A stretch of DNA of 24,000 nt from Bacillus badius NBRC 15713 (GTDB lineage Bacteria; Bacillota; Bacilli; Bacillales; Domibacillaceae), in NCBI RefSeq assembly GCF_001591605.1, contig NZ_BCVF01000035.1, forward strand, positions 8,024 through 32,023, read 5' to 3'. The translations under genes were made by a program, and so were the position numbers. How positions within the stretch are numbered: the stretch's first letter is position 1; every line of letters begins with the position of its first letter. Under the pieces are notes generated by a model, which was not told the origin of the DNA, did not search any database, and saw nothing but the letters and a program-made list of their open reading frames with translations. Below, piece by piece: positions 20,958-24,000 of this stretch.

Positions 20958-22905
20958 TAAGGGGCTGTTTCAGCAGCATGTCCGCTCTGTTTTATGGATC
21001 AGCATCTTTTTTGTATTGGCACTCTTAATCATTCTGCCGCTCGGCATGTGGATGGTTTTCTTGAATACGGAGACGCCGGAGGAGCTTTTGCCTGCTAAAG
21101 GGAAAAATGGACTGCTTCATTTCTTTTATGGGTTTCAGTACGTGACTTTCCTTGTCTTTCCTGTTATTACCGGCTTGGTCTTAACAAGCTACATGACGAA
21201 AAAAGGCTCGTCCGATTTTATGAACAGCCTGCCATTTAAGCGGGAAACTTTATTGACTCATGTATACGCAGCGGGCGGTGCAGCTCTGACCCTTCCGGTT
21301 GTGTTAAATGGAATAGTGATGCTGCTGATCCGGCCGTTTATTAAGCTGCCGCTTTACACAATCAGTGATGTCTTTAGCTGGATGGGCCTTTCACTGGTCA
21401 TTATTCTGCTGTTGTTTGCAGTAACGGTTTTCGTTGGTTTATTTATCGGCTCTACGCTGCTGCAAGGAGTGATGGCTTACGGTATTTTCATTTTGCCGGG
21501 GGCGCTCATTATGCTGGTTTTGTCGAATGCCCGTTTTTTTGTGAACGGTCTGGCTGCTGATGCTTATATAGAAAATGTATTTCAAGAAGGAATTTTCCTG
21601 ATAAGGGGCTCTTTGATTGAGAACAAGCCCTTCAGCGGCTTAGAGCTGACTCTTTATATCGCACTGATTGTCGTGCTTGTCGCCGTTTCGTATTTTGTTT
21701 ATAAAATCAGACCGGCGGAAGCCGTAGATGAGACGATTGCTTTTCCGTTTTTCCGCTCTTTATTTATCTTTAGCCTGACGCTGATGGCGATGCTCACTGG
21801 CGGGCTGTACTTTGCAGAATTTTTGGATGGAGCGTTTGGCTGGACGATGTTTGGCTGTCTCATTGGAGCTTTTGCCGGCTATACGATTATGCAAATGATC
21901 GTTCAGAAAACCTTGCGCCTCGCATGGCCATGGAAAGGGTTCGTTCTTTATATCGCTGCCCTCCTTGTTTTACTTGTGCCAACAGTTATCTTTGCCAATA
22001 TATATGAGAAGAAAGTTCCTGAAGAAAACGAGGTTACATCCGTCTATATCGGAGATCATTTCTTTGACAATGCATCGTATATTCCTGATTCTGTTGCCAT
22101 AGATAAAGCGATGACAGGGGAACTGAAGGAAAGAGAATCGATCCAGCAAGCGATCTCCCTTCATAAACAGCTGGTGAAGAAAGGAAAGCCGTCCAGGCAG
22201 CGAGGGTACCCAGTCGGAATTAAGTATAAGCTGAAGGACGGCAGCCAAGTGCAGCGCCATTATTATGTCGAATCGAAACAATTAGCTGGGATAACAGAAG
22301 AAATAAGAAATAATCCGGAGTTTAAAAGAAAGTCTAATCCGCTGTTTACGATTTCCCGGCCTGAAAAAATTAGTTATTTAACGGTCGTTGAAACTCAAGC
22401 CACAAGACAGCTCCGGGTGACAGAGCAGAAAGAAATGATGGATTTGCTCCAAATGATGAAGAACGATGCTTTAAATGAAACGTCGCCTCAGTTTAAAGAG
22501 TATGACTTTTCATATGTTGGCGAAGTGCAGGTCTGGTTTACCGACGGGGAAATGCTATCGGTACCCATTTACCTTGGGCAGGAACAGACAGTCAACTATA
22601 TTCGTCAAAAGGTTAAGGGAGGCAGCAGCTTTGCCTCAGCTGAACAAGTGTTGGAAGCGTATATCCTTACAACGGATACGGAAGAACGCCGCCAGCAGTT
22701 CATTGATTATATGAATGAAAATTCTTTCGTCGATCAAGCATCTCCGCTCGGTGATTTCCCGGTGCCGGCTCAGCAGGTGAAAGATCCTGCTCAATTAAAG
22801 AAGCTGCTGGATCCCGCGAACTTAAGTGACGAAGACAGCAGCAAGAAGCTGCTCGTCAGATGGAGAGGAAATAAAGAAGTATCTGCTGTGGGAATAAGAG
22901 AATAA
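20932..22905 (+). CDS. polytopic membrane protein (putative ABC permease partner) with a large C-terminal soluble domain
   Basis: About 657 aa. About 9 hydrophobic segments in the first 370 residues, then a hydrophilic region of about 290 aa (EKKVPEENEV...VGIRE). ATG 20932 (MKSGILSFNKG...) follows GGGGAG and overlaps the ATPase stop by 26 nt. Confidence 0.7.
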   Translation: MKSGILSFNKGLFQQHVRSVLWISIFFVLALLIILPLGMWMVFLNTETPEELLPAKGKNGLLHFFYGFQYVTFLVFPVITGLVLTSYMTKKGSSDFMNSLPFKRETLLTHVYAAGGAALTLPVVLNGIVMLLIRPFIKLPLYTISDVFSWMGLSLVIILLLFAVTVFVGLFIGSTLLQGVMAYGIFILPGALIMLVLSNARFFVNGLAADAYIENVFQEGIFLIRGSLIENKPFSGLELTLYIALIVVLVAVSYFVYKIRPAEAVDETIAFPFFRSLFIFSLTLMAMLTGGLYFAEFLDGAFGWTMFGCLIGAFAGYTIMQMIVQKTLRLAWPWKGFVLYIAALLVLLVPTVIFANIYEKKVPEENEVTSVYIGDHFFDNASYIPDSVAIDKAMTGELKERESIQQAISLHKQLVKKGKPSRQRGYPVGIKYKLKDGSQVQRHYYVESKQLAGITEEIRNNPEFKRKSNPLFTISRPEKISYLTVVETQATRQLRVTEQKEMMDLLQMMKNDALNETSPQFKEYDFSYVGEVQVWFTDGEMLSVPIYLGQEQTVNYIRQKVKGGSSFASAEQVLEAYILTTDTEERRQQFIDYMNENSFVDQASPLGDFPVPAQQVKDPAQLKKLLDPANLSDEDSSKKLLVRWRGNKEVSAVGIRE

Positions 22906-22908
22906 CAG

Positions 22909-22946
22909 AGGCTGCCGAGCGTTTCTCGGCAGCCTTTTATTTTTTT
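22909..22946 (+). terminator. rho-independent terminator of the GntR-ABC operon
   Basis: AGGCTGCCGAG (22909-22919) pairs perfectly with CTCGGCAGCCT (22925-22935) around a 5-nt loop, followed by TTTATTTTTTT. Confidence 0.9.
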
Positions 22947-23187
22947 GTCGAAAAGAAAATTTAAAATTGTTTGAAAAAAAGGTTTCCATTTTTTTATCTC
23001 TGTTATATAATACAAACATAGAAAGTTAACTGTTTTATAACAATCAGTGATCAACTAATCAGCCACGAACATAGAAGCAGCGGGCATGCAAAGAGGGAAT
23101 GCCGAAAAAAACAAGGGCAGTGCTGTTACATAACTTTTTCAAACAGCCCTTGCATCACATTCACAAAAACGTATGGGAGGAATCAAA

Positions 23188-24000
23188 ATGACAAACGAAC
23201 GCGTACAGCAATTACAAGAGCAATGGGAGAATGATAAAAGATGGCAAGGGGTTACTCGTCCATATTCTGCGGAGGAAGTGATTAAGCTGCGCGGCTCTAT
23301 TGATATTGAACATACACTGGCACGCCGCGGAGCTGAAAAACTATGGAACTATTTAAATACAGAAGATTTCATTAATGCGCTTGGTGCTTTAACTGGAAAC
23401 CAGGCTGTCCAGCAAGTAAAAGCCGGACTGAAGGCCATTTACTTGAGCGGCTGGCAAGTGGCAGCGGATGCAAACCTTTCTGGTCATATGTATCCGGACC
23501 AAAGCTTGTATCCGGCAAACAGTGTGCCGAGCGTAGTCAAGCGCATCAATCAAGCGTTGCAGCGCGCCGACCAAATCGCCCACATGGAAGGCGATGACTC
23601 CATTGATTATTTTGCGCCGATCGTAGCAGATGCGGAAGCAGGCTTTGGCGGCCAGCTGAACGTATTTGAATTAATGAAGGGCATGATTGAAGCAGGGGCA
23701 GCAGGCGTTCACTTTGAAGACCAGCTTTCTTCAGAGAAGAAATGCGGCCATTTAGGAGGAAAAGTGCTGCTTCCAACGAAAACAGCAGTGAAAAATTTGA
23801 TTGCTGCCCGCCTTGCAGCTGATGTCATGGGAACACCGACTCTTCTTGTTGCCCGTACAGATGCCAACGCCGCAGATTTGATTACAAGTGATTTTGATCC
23901 GGCCGATGCGCCATTCATCACTGGCGAGCGTACACCGGACGGCTTCTACCGTACAAAAGCAGGGATAGATCAAGCGATTGCCCGCGGATTGGCTTATGCT
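23188..24000 (+). CDS. aceA: isocitrate lyase (5' partial, continues beyond the window)
   Basis: Not in the ORF track because no stop lies inside the window. Hand translation from ATG 23188 (GGGAGG RBS 7 nt upstream) gives [37 protein letters not shown]...[11 protein letters not shown]...[13 protein letters not shown]...[20 protein letters not shown]. The KKCGH motif is the ICL active-site signature. The frame stays open to base 24000 (271 codons). Confidence 0.9.
   Translation, partial: MTNERVQQLQEQWENDKRWQGVTRPYSAEEVIKLRGSIDIEHTLARRGAEKLWNYLNTEDFINALGALTGNQAVQQVKAGLKAIYLSGWQVAADANLSGHMYPDQSLYPANSVPSVVKRINQALQRADQIAHMEGDDSIDYFAPIVADAEAGFGGQLNVFELMKGMIEAGAAGVHFEDQLSSEKKCGHLGGKVLLPTKTAVKNLIAARLAADVMGTPTLLVARTDANAADLITSDFDPADAPFITGERTPDGFYRTKAGIDQAIARGLAYA

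Overview
Bacillaceae-type chromosomal segment with nearly all genes on the + strand. In order: the 3' half of the purine operon (purF-purM-purN-purH-purD), a DUF302 gene, and a yerA (adenine-deaminase-like)-yerB-yerC cluster. Next come the pcrB-pcrA-ligA-camS(yerH) operon and a divergent 43-aa membrane-protein gene. The window ends with a GntR(YtrA-type)/ABC-ATPase/large membrane-protein module and the 5' part of isocitrate lyase (aceA), which runs off the end. The standout feature is that the essential helicase gene pcrA is interrupted by a 2722-nt group II intron (11599..14320). The intron has a 5' GTGCG, a near-canonical domain V, a domain VI with a bulged A, and a 3' AC. It carries an intact RT-maturase-HNH protein gene (12346..14226). 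It sits just after helicase motif II (DEYQD), splitting the next Thr codon. Joining the exons in silico restores ...DEYQD-T-NRAQY... and a 733-aa PcrA. I found no rRNA, tRNA, CRISPR array or transposase. The other observations are small: operator-like palindromes, a probably unannotated small gene, and a membrane protein with a large uncharacterised C-terminal domain. All calls rest on reading the sequence and the ORF track plus recalled family motifs and B. subtilis synteny; no database search was run.
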